From Alphaproteobacteria bacterium (GTDB lineage Bacteria > Pseudomonadota > Alphaproteobacteria > Bin95), in assembly GCA_022826185.1 (NCBI GenBank), contig JAJDVH010000145.1, positions 2,951 to 66,950 of the forward strand: a DNA stretch of 64,000 bases, read 5' to 3'. The notes beneath the pieces were generated by a model, which did no database searches, was not told where the DNA came from, and was given only the letters and a program-made list of their open reading frames with translations. Positions 12,552 to 22,975 of this stretch are shown here, in pieces; position 1 is the first letter of the stretch; every line of letters starts with the position of its first letter. A program made the position numbers and the translations under genes.

Positions 12552-13761
12552 ACCGCGAACTGAGCCGGACGGCGCGCATGCCTGCCGCCTGCAGGGCCTC
12601 CAGCACCTGGCCGACATGGGCTTCGTCGCGGGTTTCGAGCGCGACCTCGATGTCGGTGAGCTTGATCGGCACGTCCTCGAACCAGCGCTGGTGCTGGACG
12701 TCGACGATATTGCCCCCCGCTTTGGCAATGGCGGCGGCGGCGCGGGCGAGGCCCCCGGGCTGGTCCTGAATCTCGATGCGCAGCCGCACCAGCCGCCCGC
12801 CGCGGACCAGTCCCCGCATCAGGACGGAAGCCAGCAGGCGGGCGTCGATATTGCCGCCCGAGACCACGAGGCCGACACGCCGGCCGCTGAAGCGTTCGGG
12901 ATGGGACAGCACGGCCGCCAGCGCCGCGGCTCCCGCGCCCTCCGCCACGGTCTTCTCGATTTCGGCGAGAAGCTGCACACCCTGCTCCATCGCCGCCTCA
13001 TCGACCAGCAGGATGTCTTCCACCAGTTCGCGCACTACGGGCAGGGTAAGCGCGCCCGGCCGCTTGACGGCGATGCCTTCGGCAATGGTCGGACCGCCGG
13101 GCGGCGCCGGAAGGCCGTTGAGAGCGTGGTGCATGGAAGGATAGCCGACTGCCTCGACGCCGATCACCCGCGTATCGGGGCTGAGCGCCTTCGCCGCGAG
13201 CGCAATGCCGGCGATGAGGCCGCCTCCGCCTACGGGCACGACCAGGAAGTCGAGGCCGGGCACGGCGCGCAGCATCTCCAGCCCGACCGTTCCCTGTCCT
13301 GCGACGATGCGCGGATCGTCATAGGGATGCACGAAAGCGAGGCCCTCGGCTTCCGCGCGCTCGTGAACGAACGTCTCGCCCTCGGCGATGGTCTCGCCTC
13401 TCAGGACCACCTCCGCGCCGAGGAACTCCGCCGCCCGGACCTTGTTGAAGGGGGTGGCCTCCGGCATCACGATGGTGGCCGGCACGCCCATCCGGGCGGC
13501 GTGATAGGCGACGCCCTGGGCATGATTGCCGGCCGAAAGCGCGATAATCCCGGCCCGGCGCTGGGCCTCGTCGAGCCCGGCGAGGTAGATATAGGCGCCC
13601 CGGTCCTTGAACGAGGCGGTGTATTGCCGGTTCTCGAATTTCAGGAAGAGGTCGGCCCCGGAAATCGCGCTCAGAGTCTGCGACCGGAAGAACGGCGTGC
13701 GGACGATGTGCCCTTCCAGCAGCCGGTCCGCCGCTTCGATGTCGGAGAAGGAAAGGCTCAT
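12544..13761 (-). CDS. ilvA: threonine ammonia-lyase (PLP-dependent, with C-terminal ACT-like region)
   Basis: FKDRGA, SAGNHAQG, GGGGL motifs. Start taken at MSLSFSD. Confidence 0.8.
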   Translation of the reverse strand: MSLSFSDIEAADRLLEGHIVRTPFFRSQTLSAISGADLFLKFENRQYTASFKDRGAYIYLAGLDEAQRRAGIIALSAGNHAQGVAYHAARMGVPATIVMPEATPFNKVRAAEFLGAEVVLRGETIAEGETFVHERAEAEGLAFVHPYDDPRIVAGQGTVGLEMLRAVPGLDFLVVPVGGGGLIAGIALAAKALSPDTRVIGVEAVGYPSMHHALNGLPAPPGGPTIAEGIAVKRPGALTLPVVRELVEDILLVDEAAMEQGVQLLAEIEKTVAEGAGAAALAAVLSHPERFSGRRVGLVVSGGNIDARLLASVLMRGLVRGGRLVRLRIEIQDQPGGLARAAAAIAKAGGNIVDVQHQRWFEDVPIKLTDIEVALETRDEAHVGQVLEALQAAGMRAVRLSSRSI

Positions 13762-15932
13762 TCGGGGCGCAGGAATAGACTGTGGGCCGGCGGCCTGGCC
13801 GGATCGAGCGAGATATAGTTTCCGTCGCGCCAAAGTTCCATAAGGTCGTCATAGTGCGGCGAGAACGGGTTGCCCGACTGTCCGACCGCCTGGATGAACC
13901 GCGACCTGTCGAGATCGGCAAGGCGGTAGATGGCCCGGTAGCCGGCGCCGTGGCGGTGACGGAAGGGGTGGTCCTCGTCCCGGAAACTCGCGCCTCCCCG
14001 GTTCACCGTGGTCGGCCCCCCGCCGGTCCCGATCTCGCGATTCAGAAGGGTCCGCAACAGGGGGATTCGTCCGGCGACCGGATGGACGAAATGCGCGCGA
14101 TGCGCCTCGCCCCAGGGCGGCGGCTCGCTGCCGTAGCGCTCCTGCAGGAAGGCGACCGCGCGGCGGTGCGCCAGTATGAGCCGGTCCTTGCAGCTTTCCT
14201 TCGCGCGGGTGCGGGTGTCGTCGCACCAGGCGGGCCGGTCGAGCAGCGCCCGGCGGAGCACCAGCGGCCGGTAGGCCCACCACTCCTGGAACAGGGGCCC
14301 CAACTCGTCGGCGAACACGGCGCGCATGGCCTCGCGCACCCACGCCATGTAGATCAGCGGTTCCGGCCGCTCCCGGTCCATGGCGCCGTCCCAGGCCTGG
14401 AGGCGCACATCCGGGACCGCGGACAGCAGGTAGGGCAGCAATTCGCGCGCCGACAGCGACACATTGTCGTTCTGGATCGCCGCGTGGGTGGCTCCGGCGT
14501 TGAGCAGTTCGTGGATCCTGATCGCGCGGTAGGGCGCTTCCCACTCGCGTCCGAGATAGTAGGGATAGGTCTCGTCCACGAGGCGGTTGTTCGCGTTGAC
14601 GATGCGCCCGGACGCGGGATCGACGCGGCGGGGCAGCCGTTCGAACGGAATGAGGCCGGACCAGGTCGTTCCGGCAGACACGTCGAAGCCGCCGGGCCTG
14701 TTCGGCACGCGGCCCGGCGAGACCATGCCGATACGGCCGGTCCCGTCGGCATAGGCGATATTCTGCTGCGGGGAGTGGAAGCCGCGCAGCGCCGCCGCGA
14801 AACCCGGCCAGTTTCGCGCCGCGTTCACCTGCCAGAGCGCCTCGGCCGTCCGGTCGTCGTCGCGAAATGCCGGGCTCTCGACCGCCCAGCCCTCGGGCAA
14901 CGCATCGGAGAAGTCCGAGACGACGACGCCGTTGCGGGTTTGGCGCAGTTCCAGGTCCACGCTGTCGCCCCAGCGCACCGCCAGCGTTTCGCGCCGGACC
15001 GAGACGGTTTCCGGGTTCGTCACGACATCGGCGGTGTCGGTATGCGGGGTGGTCAACCCCCAGGCAATCTCGCCGTTGTGGCCGAGCACCATAAGCGGTG
15101 CGCCCGGCGCGGTGGCGCCCGCCAACGCGCCTTCCGGCGTCTCTATTCGCGCCAGATACCAGATGTTCGGGATCGTGAAGCCGAGATGCGGGTCGTTGGC
15201 GAGCACGGTCGGCTCGCTCACGACCCACACATTCGAGGCGCCGCTGCTTCCCAGGCCCGGGAAGGTCACGGGATCGTCCACCGCCGCCTGCGGCCAGAGG
15301 TCCTCGACCTGCTCCGGGGTCAGCCGTTCCGCCATGCGCGCGCGCAGCGCCTCGGCCCGCCAGTTGCCGATCAGCCTGAAGGCCATCATCCGCCCCCAGA
15401 GCATGGAATCGGCCACGCGCCAGGGTTCGGGCTCGTAGAACAGCAAGGCCAGTTCCCAGGGCAGCGCGCCGGCGCGCGTTGCGAGCCAGGCATTGACGCC
15501 GGCCGCATACGCCTCGGCGACGCGGCGTAGGTCGGGCGGAAGCGCCGCCGCCTGGCTTTCCGCCTGGCGCCCGAGGCCGAGGCCGCGCGCATAGCGGTCG
15601 AAGGTGAGCGCCATGCTTCCGACGAGTTCGCTCATGCGTCCGGACCCGCCGCGGCGCATCAGCTCCATCTGCGCAAACCGGTCCTGGGCATGGGCGTAGC
15701 CGAGGCCGAACGCGGCGTCGGCCCGGTTGTCGGCGCGGATGGTCGGCACGCCGTAGCGGTCGCGCAGGACCTGCACCGGCCCTTCAAGGCCCGGAAGCCG
15801 CAGTTCGCCGTCAAGCTGGGGAAGCGAAGTGCGCAGCCAGAGGAGCGCAGCGGCGGCCAGCAGAATCAGCGCGGCCAGCAGGGCGACGGCCAGGCGCAGC
15901 GTCCAGCGCCAGAGCCGTCGCCGGACGATCAC
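13758..15932 (-). CDS. penicillin acylase / Ntn-hydrolase family protein (possible AHL acylase)
   Basis: 724 aa. Signal peptide. Penicillin amidase family signatures. Confidence 0.8.
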   Translation of the reverse strand: MIVRRRLWRWTLRLAVALLAALILLAAAALLWLRTSLPQLDGELRLPGLEGPVQVLRDRYGVPTIRADNRADAAFGLGYAHAQDRFAQMELMRRGGSGRMSELVGSMALTFDRYARGLGLGRQAESQAAALPPDLRRVAEAYAAGVNAWLATRAGALPWELALLFYEPEPWRVADSMLWGRMMAFRLIGNWRAEALRARMAERLTPEQVEDLWPQAAVDDPVTFPGLGSSGASNVWVVSEPTVLANDPHLGFTIPNIWYLARIETPEGALAGATAPGAPLMVLGHNGEIAWGLTTPHTDTADVVTNPETVSVRRETLAVRWGDSVDLELRQTRNGVVVSDFSDALPEGWAVESPAFRDDDRTAEALWQVNAARNWPGFAAALRGFHSPQQNIAYADGTGRIGMVSPGRVPNRPGGFDVSAGTTWSGLIPFERLPRRVDPASGRIVNANNRLVDETYPYYLGREWEAPYRAIRIHELLNAGATHAAIQNDNVSLSARELLPYLLSAVPDVRLQAWDGAMDRERPEPLIYMAWVREAMRAVFADELGPLFQEWWAYRPLVLRRALLDRPAWCDDTRTRAKESCKDRLILAHRRAVAFLQERYGSEPPPWGEAHRAHFVHPVAGRIPLLRTLLNREIGTGGGPTTVNRGGASFRDEDHPFRHRHGAGYRAIYRLADLDRSRFIQAVGQSGNPFSPHYDDLMELWRDGNYISLDPARPPAHSLFLRPE

Positions 15933-15948
15933 GGCGACGCGCTCACGG

Positions 15949-17130
15949 CTAGGCGGAGACGGCGCGGGCGGCCAGTTCCCCGAGGATCCGCTCGCGGTCC
16001 TGGTCCACGTCCGGGGCCGTGGCGCGGGCCGGGGGATCTTCGTAGCCGGAGAGCTTGATCGGGTTGCCCGCGACCTTGAGCCGGCCGGCAGTCGGGTCGT
16101 CCACCTCGACCACCATGTTGCGCGGCTCCACCTGGGGATGCGCCATCACGGTTCCGATATTGTTGATGCCGCTTGCAGGGATGCCCGCCGGGTCCAGCAG
16201 CCCGAGCCAGTCGGCGGTGCTGCGCGCGGCGAGGATGGTCTCGATCTCGGCTTCGAGGCTCGCCTGGTTTTCATTCCGCAGATTGTTGGAGGCGTAGCGC
16301 GGGTCGTCCTTCAGGTCAGGCCGGTCGAGAATGTCGCAGAACCGCTGGAACATGATGTCGTTGCCCGCCGCGACGACCATCCAGCCGTCCAGGGTGCGGA
16401 AGGTCTGGAAGGGCGTGATCGAGGGATGCCGCCCGCCCAGCGGCCCCGGCGCCTTGCCCGTCGCGCCAAAGCGGGCGACCGCGTTTTCGCAGAGCGCGAT
16501 CTGGCAGTCGAGCATGGAGACGTCGAGCTTGCGGCCCCGGCCGGTGCGGGCGCGGTCGTAAAGGGCCGTCACGATGCCGATGGTGGTGAACAGCCCGGCG
16601 CCGATATCGCCGATGGACATGCCGACGCGGGTGGGCTCCTGGCCCGGCTGGCCGGTGATCGACATGATGCCGCCCATCGCCTGCACCACCATGTCATAGG
16701 CCGGGCGCTTCGAGTGGGGGCCGGTGTGGCCGAAGCCCGAGCAGGCCGCGTAGATCAGCGCCGGGTAACGGTCCTTCAGCTCGTCCCAGCCATAGCCGAG
16801 CTTTTCCATCGTGCCGGGGCGGAAATTCTCGGCCACCACGTCGGCGCCGGCGAGCAGCGCCTCGAAGGTGGCGCGGTCGCCATCGCTCTTGAGGTCGAGC
16901 GCGATGCTCTCCTTGCCGCGGTTGACGGAGATGAAATAGGCCGACTTGCCGTTGACGAACGGGCCGTATTCGCGCGCGTCGTCGCCGCGGCCGGGCGTCT
17001 CCACCTTGATGACGCGGGCGCCGAGCTCGGCCAGGATCATGGTGGAATACGGCCCCGCCAGCACGCGGGTGAGGTCGATGACGGTGACGCCGCTGAGCGG
17101 CCCCGTGGTCTGCTGGGTCGTCATGGGCAA
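15949..17130 (-). CDS. CoA-transferase family III (CaiB/BaiF)
   Basis: VIDLTRVLAGPY... family III CoA-transferase N-terminus. Confidence 0.8.
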   Translation of the reverse strand: MPMTTQQTTGPLSGVTVIDLTRVLAGPYSTMILAELGARVIKVETPGRGDDAREYGPFVNGKSAYFISVNRGKESIALDLKSDGDRATFEALLAGADVVAENFRPGTMEKLGYGWDELKDRYPALIYAACSGFGHTGPHSKRPAYDMVVQAMGGIMSITGQPGQEPTRVGMSIGDIGAGLFTTIGIVTALYDRARTGRGRKLDVSMLDCQIALCENAVARFGATGKAPGPLGGRHPSITPFQTFRTLDGWMVVAAGNDIMFQRFCDILDRPDLKDDPRYASNNLRNENQASLEAEIETILAARSTADWLGLLDPAGIPASGINNIGTVMAHPQVEPRNMVVEVDDPTAGRLKVAGNPIKLSGYEDPPARATAPDVDQDRERILGELAARAVSA

Positions 17131-17232
17131 AGCGGTCCCCGGTTGCGGATGCTGGCGCCCAGCATAAACCCGTCGGCAATGCCGTCACAGGGGCGGCAAC
17201 ACGGCGTCCGGGCCGACCCCGTCTTCAAGTTT

Positions 17233-18471
17233 CTAGCCCGGATATATGCCGTCCTTCGGGAAGAATGGGCGGACGAGGCCTTTCCCAACCAATTCCGCGA
17301 ACCGGCGGTAATTTCCCAGTTCGTGTCGAACCCTCCCGGCCACGATGGAGGGATGGACCTCCGCTTCCCGCGCGAGAGCGACGATTCGCAAGGCGGTGGC
17401 TTGCCCTGTATCGAAGGTCTGCCACAGTTTCGGCGGAAGCAAGGCGTCTCCGGCCATGGCGTCGGCCTCCCGCTCGCGCTGCGCCTCGCCATTGCCGTCT
17501 CCCGGTTGGCCCAGGGACATGTCGTCCACGTAAATGGGAGACCCTTCGCCCGCCGCATCGTCGAGATGCAGAAACACATGGGCCAATTCGTGCAGCAGGC
17601 AGAACCAGAAATTGTCGAGGCGGTCATAACGCAGGGAAAGGGCGACCAGGGGCGCGCCGTCCAGACTGCACATCGCGGCCCCGTCCAGATAGGTCCTGTC
17701 AAGATGGCGGAGCACCAGAAACCGGATACCGGCCTTGCGCATCCGGGCGACCGCCTTTCGCGGTCCGTCCGGCTCGGCGCTCAGTCTGGCGACCTCGCGC
17801 AGGAACGCGGAACCGTCAATCCTTCGGGCGTCGAAGGTCGCATCGAGCGGCCGATCCCCGCTCGCCATTCTCATGGCCTGTGCGCACCAGGCCGTAAGCG
17901 CATGGGGATCCGCCATGGCGTTCTCGCGCGCGCCACGGCGGAACGACGCAGTACCGCGATCCGAACCGAATGCATCGGTCAGAAAAGAACGAACCAGCTC
18001 CTCCTTCTTGTCCAAAACATGTTTCACCGCAGGCAGCCAGCCGCGCCGGATCATTTCCCGAACCGGGAAGCGATTCCAATCCTGGGCGGAGGCTTCCGGC
18101 AGGGACGCGCCCGGCCGTCCGAGAAGTATATCGGCCGGGATGCCCAGATGAGCGTGGAGGGCGCGGACCATACCCAGGGTCAGGTCGCGGCGGCCGTTCA
18201 GCACCTCATAGACGCGGTTGCGCCCGCCGAAGCAGGGCGCCACGTCGGCAGCTGTCAGCTTGGCCTGGTCCATGCGGAAGCGGATCGCGTCGATCGGGTC
18301 AGGGGCCCCGATCGGGGTTGCGCGGCGTTCGTAAGCCTCGATCGCCATGGCCAGCATCTCCAGTTCGTCCTGCTGGTCGGGGCTGCGGTCTTGCAGGCCC
18401 AAGAGGGCGTCGAGCCTCTCCAGAGCCGGCTCGTAGTCGGCTTCCGTCCTGACGGGACGGACGATGCTCAT
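17233..18471 (-). CDS. higA: HigA-like antitoxin: XRE-type HTH fused to ImmA/IrrE metallopeptidase domain
   Basis: Start at MSIVRPV. HTH region TAADVAPCFGGRNRVYEVLNGRRDLTLGMV. C-terminal HEXXH (LLHELAHVFLH). Confidence 0.7.
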   Translation of the reverse strand: MSIVRPVRTEADYEPALERLDALLGLQDRSPDQQDELEMLAMAIEAYERRATPIGAPDPIDAIRFRMDQAKLTAADVAPCFGGRNRVYEVLNGRRDLTLGMVRALHAHLGIPADILLGRPGASLPEASAQDWNRFPVREMIRRGWLPAVKHVLDKKEELVRSFLTDAFGSDRGTASFRRGARENAMADPHALTAWCAQAMRMASGDRPLDATFDARRIDGSAFLREVARLSAEPDGPRKAVARMRKAGIRFLVLRHLDRTYLDGAAMCSLDGAPLVALSLRYDRLDNFWFCLLHELAHVFLHLDDAAGEGSPIYVDDMSLGQPGDGNGEAQREREADAMAGDALLPPKLWQTFDTGQATALRIVALAREAEVHPSIVAGRVRHELGNYRRFAELVGKGLVRPFFPKDGIYPG

Positions 18472-18491
18472 GGGTTCGTTCTCCTCTGTTC

Positions 18492-18803
18492 TCAAACGGT
18501 GTTGGCATCGATGCTGCCATATTCGGCGTGGGTGCCGATCCATCGGACCCGGACGATCCCTCCGGCAAACTCGACGATCGCGATTAATCGATAATGATTT
18601 CCCTTGATTCGGAAAACGACCCGTTGGCCTCCGCGCAAGATGGATGCTCTCGGATAACGCGATGTAATGTCGAGCGGTGTTTTCCACCCTGCACCTTCGA
18701 TCTCTGCTGTCCAAGCTCGCAGCGGCCCGGCCAAATCGGGATGTTTTCGGATTGCCGTATCGATATGGGGTCTGCCTACAAGCCTCATGCGCAAATCCTC
18801 CAT
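18492..18803 (-). CDS. higB: type II toxin HigB family
   Basis: Strong match to HigB_toxin pattern (KHPDL, RVVFRIKGNHYRLI, RWIGTHAEYGSIDA). True start may be MRLVGRP, 5 codons in. Confidence 0.8.
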   Translation of the reverse strand: MEDLRMRLVGRPHIDTAIRKHPDLAGPLRAWTAEIEGAGWKTPLDITSRYPRASILRGGQRVVFRIKGNHYRLIAIVEFAGGIVRVRWIGTHAEYGSIDANTV

Positions 18804-18864
18804 GATTTGTACGGTACATGACCATGTCCTCCTTTGTTGGGATGGACAATATATATCCTGAATT

Positions 18865-18883
18865 GATAAATCAATGATTTATC
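18865..18883. promoter_or_regulatory. palindrome GATAAAT-N5-ATTTATC upstream of higB, candidate HigA operator
   Basis: Perfect 7-bp inverted repeat about 60 bp upstream of the higB start, in a low-GC stretch. Confidence 0.35.
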
Positions 18884-18994
18884 CCATTTTGGGTGTAACA
18901 GTGATCTGAGTCGCGCCATGGTCCCGGCCCTCCTTGAAGCCCGCCTGCGGACGGGGTATCGGTGCGCTTGGATTTTCCGGGGGGAGCGGCGCCG

Positions 18995-19282
18995 ATGGCG
19001 TTGGACCGCGCGACCGTCGAGCGCATCGCCGCGCTCGCCCGTATCGACATTGCCGGGGAGGAGCGGGACGCCCTCGCCGGGGAGTTGAGCGCGATCCTTG
19101 GCTGGGTCGAAACGCTGAACGAGGTCGATACCGAAGATGTGGCTCCGATGACTTCGGTCGGGGGCCACAAGCTGCCCTGGCGCGATGACGTGGCGGGCGA
19201 CGGCGGCTATCCGGATCGGGTGCTTGCCAATGCGCCCGATGCCGTAGGCGCGTTCTTCGCCGTGCCCAAGGTTGTGGAGTGA
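18995..19282 (+). CDS. gatC: Asp-tRNA(Asn)/Glu-tRNA(Gln) amidotransferase subunit C
   Basis: GatC-like sequence. Overlaps the gatA start. Confidence 0.8.
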   Translation: MALDRATVERIAALARIDIAGEERDALAGELSAILGWVETLNEVDTEDVAPMTSVGGHKLPWRDDVAGDGGYPDRVLANAPDAVGAFFAVPKVVE

Positions 19283-20748
19283 TGCGCGACCTGGGTCTTG
19301 CGGACATCCGCGCGGGCCTCGCCGAAGGCGCGTTCTCGGCGGTGGAGCTGGTCGAGGACCGGCTGGCGGCGCTGGAGGCCGCCGGAGAGTTGAACGCCGT
19401 GGTCACGCCCATGCCGGACCGGGCGCTGGAGGCAGCGCGGGCTGCCGACGCCCGGCGCGCCGCGAGAGAACCGGCGCTGCCGCTCGACGGCGTGCCGGTT
19501 GCGGTGAAGGACCTGTTCTGCACGGAGGGCGTTCGGACCACGGCCTCCTCGGCCATGCTGGGGGGCTTCGTCCCGCCATACGAGTCTACGGTGACGGCCA
19601 ACCTCATCGGTGCCGGCGCCGTGCTTGCCGCCAAGACCAATCTCGACGAGTTCGCCATGGGCTCCTCCACCGCGACCTCGCATTTCGGCCCGGCGGTCAA
19701 TCCCTGGAAGGCGAAGGACGATCCGCGCCCGCGCGCGCCCGGCGGCTCCTCGGGCGGCTCGGCCGCGCTGGTCGCGGCGTCCGTCGTGCCCGCGGCGCTC
19801 GGCACCGACACAGGCGGCTCGATCCGACAGCCGGCGGCCTTCTGCGGCATTGTCGGCCTCAAGCCCACCTATGGGCGCTGCTCGCGCTGGGGCATCGTCG
19901 CCTTCGCCTCCTCGCTCGACCAGGCCGGCCCCATGACCCGCAGCGTGCGCGACGCGGCCATCATGCTCGCCGCCATGGCGGGCCACGACCCGAAGGACTC
20001 GACCAGCGCGCGCGAGCCCGTGCCGGACTTCGAGGCCGCGCTCGGCGGCGGCGTCAAGGGGCTGCGCATTGGCGTGCCGCGCGAATACCGGGTGGACGGG
20101 ATGCCGGAGGAGCTGGACGCGCTCTGGCGCGAGGGCGCGGCATGGCTGGAGGAGGCCGGCGCGGAGATCGTCGATATCTCGCTGCCGCACACGCATTACG
20201 CGCTGCCGGCCTACTACATCGTCGCGCCCGCCGAAGCGTCGTCCAACCTCGCCCGTTACGACGGGGTGCGCTACGGCCTCCGGTCTCCGGCCGAAGTCGT
20301 CGAGGAGCAATATGCGCGCACCCGCCGCGCCGGTTTCGGGGCCGAGGTGCGCCGCCGGGTGCTGATCGGCACCTATGTGCTCTCGGCCGGATACTACGAC
20401 GCCTACTATACCAAGGCGCAGCGTGTGCGCCGGCTGATCGCGCGGGACTTCGAGCAGGCGTTCGGGAAGGTCGATGCGGTGCTGACGCCGACCGCGCCGA
20501 CCGCCGCCTTCCCGCTCGGGGAGAAGATGGACGACCCGATTGCGATGTATCTGAATGACGTGTTCACCGTGCCGGCGAGTCTTGCGGGGCTGCCGGCGGT
20601 TTCGCTGCCGGCGGGGCTGGACGGCGAGGGCCTGCCGCTCGGCCTGCAGTTGATCGGGCGGCCGTTCGACGAGGAGACAGTGTTTCGCACGGCCGCGGCG
20701 CTGGAAGCCGCCGCCGGGTTCGACGCCGAGCCGGAGTTCGTGCGGTGA
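19279..20748 (+). CDS. gatA: Asp/Glu-tRNA amidotransferase subunit A (amidase)
   Basis: Amidase signature GGSSGGSAA. 489 aa. Confidence 0.9.
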   Translation: MMRDLGLADIRAGLAEGAFSAVELVEDRLAALEAAGELNAVVTPMPDRALEAARAADARRAAREPALPLDGVPVAVKDLFCTEGVRTTASSAMLGGFVPPYESTVTANLIGAGAVLAAKTNLDEFAMGSSTATSHFGPAVNPWKAKDDPRPRAPGGSSGGSAALVAASVVPAALGTDTGGSIRQPAAFCGIVGLKPTYGRCSRWGIVAFASSLDQAGPMTRSVRDAAIMLAAMAGHDPKDSTSAREPVPDFEAALGGGVKGLRIGVPREYRVDGMPEELDALWREGAAWLEEAGAEIVDISLPHTHYALPAYYIVAPAEASSNLARYDGVRYGLRSPAEVVEEQYARTRRAGFGAEVRRRVLIGTYVLSAGYYDAYYTKAQRVRRLIARDFEQAFGKVDAVLTPTAPTAAFPLGEKMDDPIAMYLNDVFTVPASLAGLPAVSLPAGLDGEGLPLGLQLIGRPFDEETVFRTAAALEAAAGFDAEPEFVR

Positions 20749-22184
20749 GCGTCCTCATCGAAGGCCGGGACGGCGTGTGGGAATACGCCATCGGACTCGA
20801 GGTCCATGCGCAGGTGGCCTCCTCCGCCAAGCTGTTTTCCGGGGCGCCGACGGCCTTCGGGGCGGAGCCCAATACCCAGGTCAGCCTCGTCGATGCCGCC
20901 ATGCCGGGCATGCTGCCTGTCATCAACCGGGTCTGCATCGAGCAGGCGGTGCGAACCGGCCTCGGTTTCGGCGGCGCCATCGCCCGCCACTCGGTGTTCG
21001 ACCGCAAGAATTATTTCTATCCGGACCTGCCGCAGGGCTACCAGATTTCGCAATACACGCAGCCCATCGTGTCCGGCGGGTCGGTGGAGATTCCCGGTCG
21101 AACGGTGCGGATCACCCGCCTGCACCTGGAGCAGGACGCCGGCAAGAGCGTTCACGACCGGGACCCGGACCGCACGCTGATCGACCTGAACCGCGCCGGC
21201 GTGGCGCTGATGGAGATCGTGTCCGAACCGGACCTGCGGAGTCCCGAGGAGGCCGCCGAGTTCCTCACGCGCCTTCGCGCGCTCCTGCGCTGGCTCGGCA
21301 CCTGCGACGGCAACATGCAGGAGGGCTCGCTGCGCTGCGACGCCAATGTATCGGTGCGCCGTCCCGGCGCGGAACTCGGCACGCGGACGGAGATCAAGAA
21401 CCTCAACTCGATCCGCTTCCTGCGCGAGGCCATCGAATATGAAGGGCAGCGCCAGGTCGAGGTCATCGACGGCGGCGGGGAGATCGAGCAGGAGACGCGC
21501 CTCTTCGACCCGGACCGGGGCGAGACCCGCGCCATGCGCACCAAGGAAGACGCGCATGACTACCGCTATTTCCCGGACCCCGACCTGCTGCCGCTGGAAC
21601 TCGACGAGGACTTCATCGAGGCAATCCGCGCCGCCATGCCGGAACTGCCGGAGGCGCGGCGCGACCGCTTCGTCGAAGAGCTCGGCCTCTCCGACTACGA
21701 TGCCGACCTGCTGACGGCCGAACGCGCCCGCGCGGATTATTTCGAGGCCGCCGCCTCGGGCCGGGACGCCAAGCAGGCCGCCAACTGGGTCGCCGGCGAT
21801 CTGCTCGGACGGCTGAACAGGGAAGGGCTGGAGATCGAGGCTGCGCCCATTCCCGCAGCCGGACTAGGCGAGCTTGTCGATCTAATCGCCGATGGCACGC
21901 TCTCCGGCCGCATGGGCCGGGAAGTGTTCGACGCCATGTGGGAAACCGGCAAGTCAGCCGCCGCCATCGTCGAGGAGCGGGGGCTGAAGCAGATTTCGGA
22001 CACGGGCGCGCTTGAGGCGCTGGTGGACGAATTGCTGGCCCGCGAGGCGGACAAGGCGGCGGAATACCGCGGTGGCAGGACCAAATTGCTCGGCTTCTTC
22101 GTCGGACAGGTGATGAAGGCGACCGGCGGCAAGGCCAATCCGAAACTCGTGAACGAGCTTCTGCGCGCAAAACTGGAGGAATAA
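20745..22184 (+). CDS. gatB: Asp/Glu-tRNA amidotransferase subunit B
   Basis: GatB N-terminal and C-terminal YqeY-like region. 479 aa. Confidence 0.9.
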   Translation: MSVLIEGRDGVWEYAIGLEVHAQVASSAKLFSGAPTAFGAEPNTQVSLVDAAMPGMLPVINRVCIEQAVRTGLGFGGAIARHSVFDRKNYFYPDLPQGYQISQYTQPIVSGGSVEIPGRTVRITRLHLEQDAGKSVHDRDPDRTLIDLNRAGVALMEIVSEPDLRSPEEAAEFLTRLRALLRWLGTCDGNMQEGSLRCDANVSVRRPGAELGTRTEIKNLNSIRFLREAIEYEGQRQVEVIDGGGEIEQETRLFDPDRGETRAMRTKEDAHDYRYFPDPDLLPLELDEDFIEAIRAAMPELPEARRDRFVEELGLSDYDADLLTAERARADYFEAAASGRDAKQAANWVAGDLLGRLNREGLEIEAAPIPAAGLGELVDLIADGTLSGRMGREVFDAMWETGKSAAAIVEERGLKQISDTGALEALVDELLAREADKAAEYRGGRTKLLGFFVGQVMKATGGKANPKLVNELLRAKLEE

Positions 22185-22189
22185 GGGAA

Positions 22190-22960
22190 ATGCCGAAGGA
22201 CAAGGCGGTTCTGATTACCGGGGCCGGCAGCGGCATCGGCGAGGCTTGCGCGCATGCGTTCGCCGCCGCCGGCGCGCGGCTTGCGCTTGCCGATATCGAC
22301 AAGGCGGCGGCCGGGCGGGTGGCGGAGGCCTGCGGCGGTGTCGGGGCCGTGATCGAGGCCGATTGCGGCGATGTCGCGTCCATCGAGGCGATGGTGGAAG
22401 CGGCGGCAAGCGCGCTGGGCGGCCTCGACGCCTCGGTCAACAATGCCGGTGTCACCCGCCACGCGGACATCATGGAACTCACCGAGCAGGACTGGGACCG
22501 CATCCACCGGGTCAACTCCAAGGGCGTGTTCTTCTGCCTGCAGAGCGTGGCGCGGCAGATGATCGCCCAGGGCCGGGGCGGGCGCATCGTCAACATCGCC
22601 TCCATTGCCGGGCGCGGCTTCAAGGGCACCTCCAACGCCGCCTACGCCGCCAGCAAGGGCGCGGTCATCTCGCTCACCAAGACCGCCGCCCAGCAATTGG
22701 GGCCGTACGACATCAATGTGAACGCCGTTTGTCCGGGCGTCACATTCACCGCGCTGGTGGAGCAACTGGTTCGCGACCGCTCCGCTGCGCGCGGCATTGC
22801 CGAAGAAGAGATGCGCCGCAGCATGGAAGCCCCGATCCCGATAGGGCGGGGCAACGAACCGGCCGACATCGCCGCGCTCTGCGTGTTCCTTACCGGCCCG
22901 GGGTCCCGCAACGTCACCGGGCAGTCCTGGAACGTGGACGGAGGCCTGGTGCCGAGCTGA
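22190..22960 (+). CDS. SDR family oxidoreductase
   Basis: TGAGSGIG Rossmann motif and YAASK catalytic motif. Confidence 0.8.
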   Translation: MPKDKAVLITGAGSGIGEACAHAFAAAGARLALADIDKAAAGRVAEACGGVGAVIEADCGDVASIEAMVEAAASALGGLDASVNNAGVTRHADIMELTEQDWDRIHRVNSKGVFFCLQSVARQMIAQGRGGRIVNIASIAGRGFKGTSNAAYAASKGAVISLTKTAAQQLGPYDINVNAVCPGVTFTALVEQLVRDRSAARGIAEEEMRRSMEAPIPIGRGNEPADIAALCVFLTGPGSRNVTGQSWNVDGGLVPS

Positions 22961-22975
22961 TCCGCCCTGCGGGCT

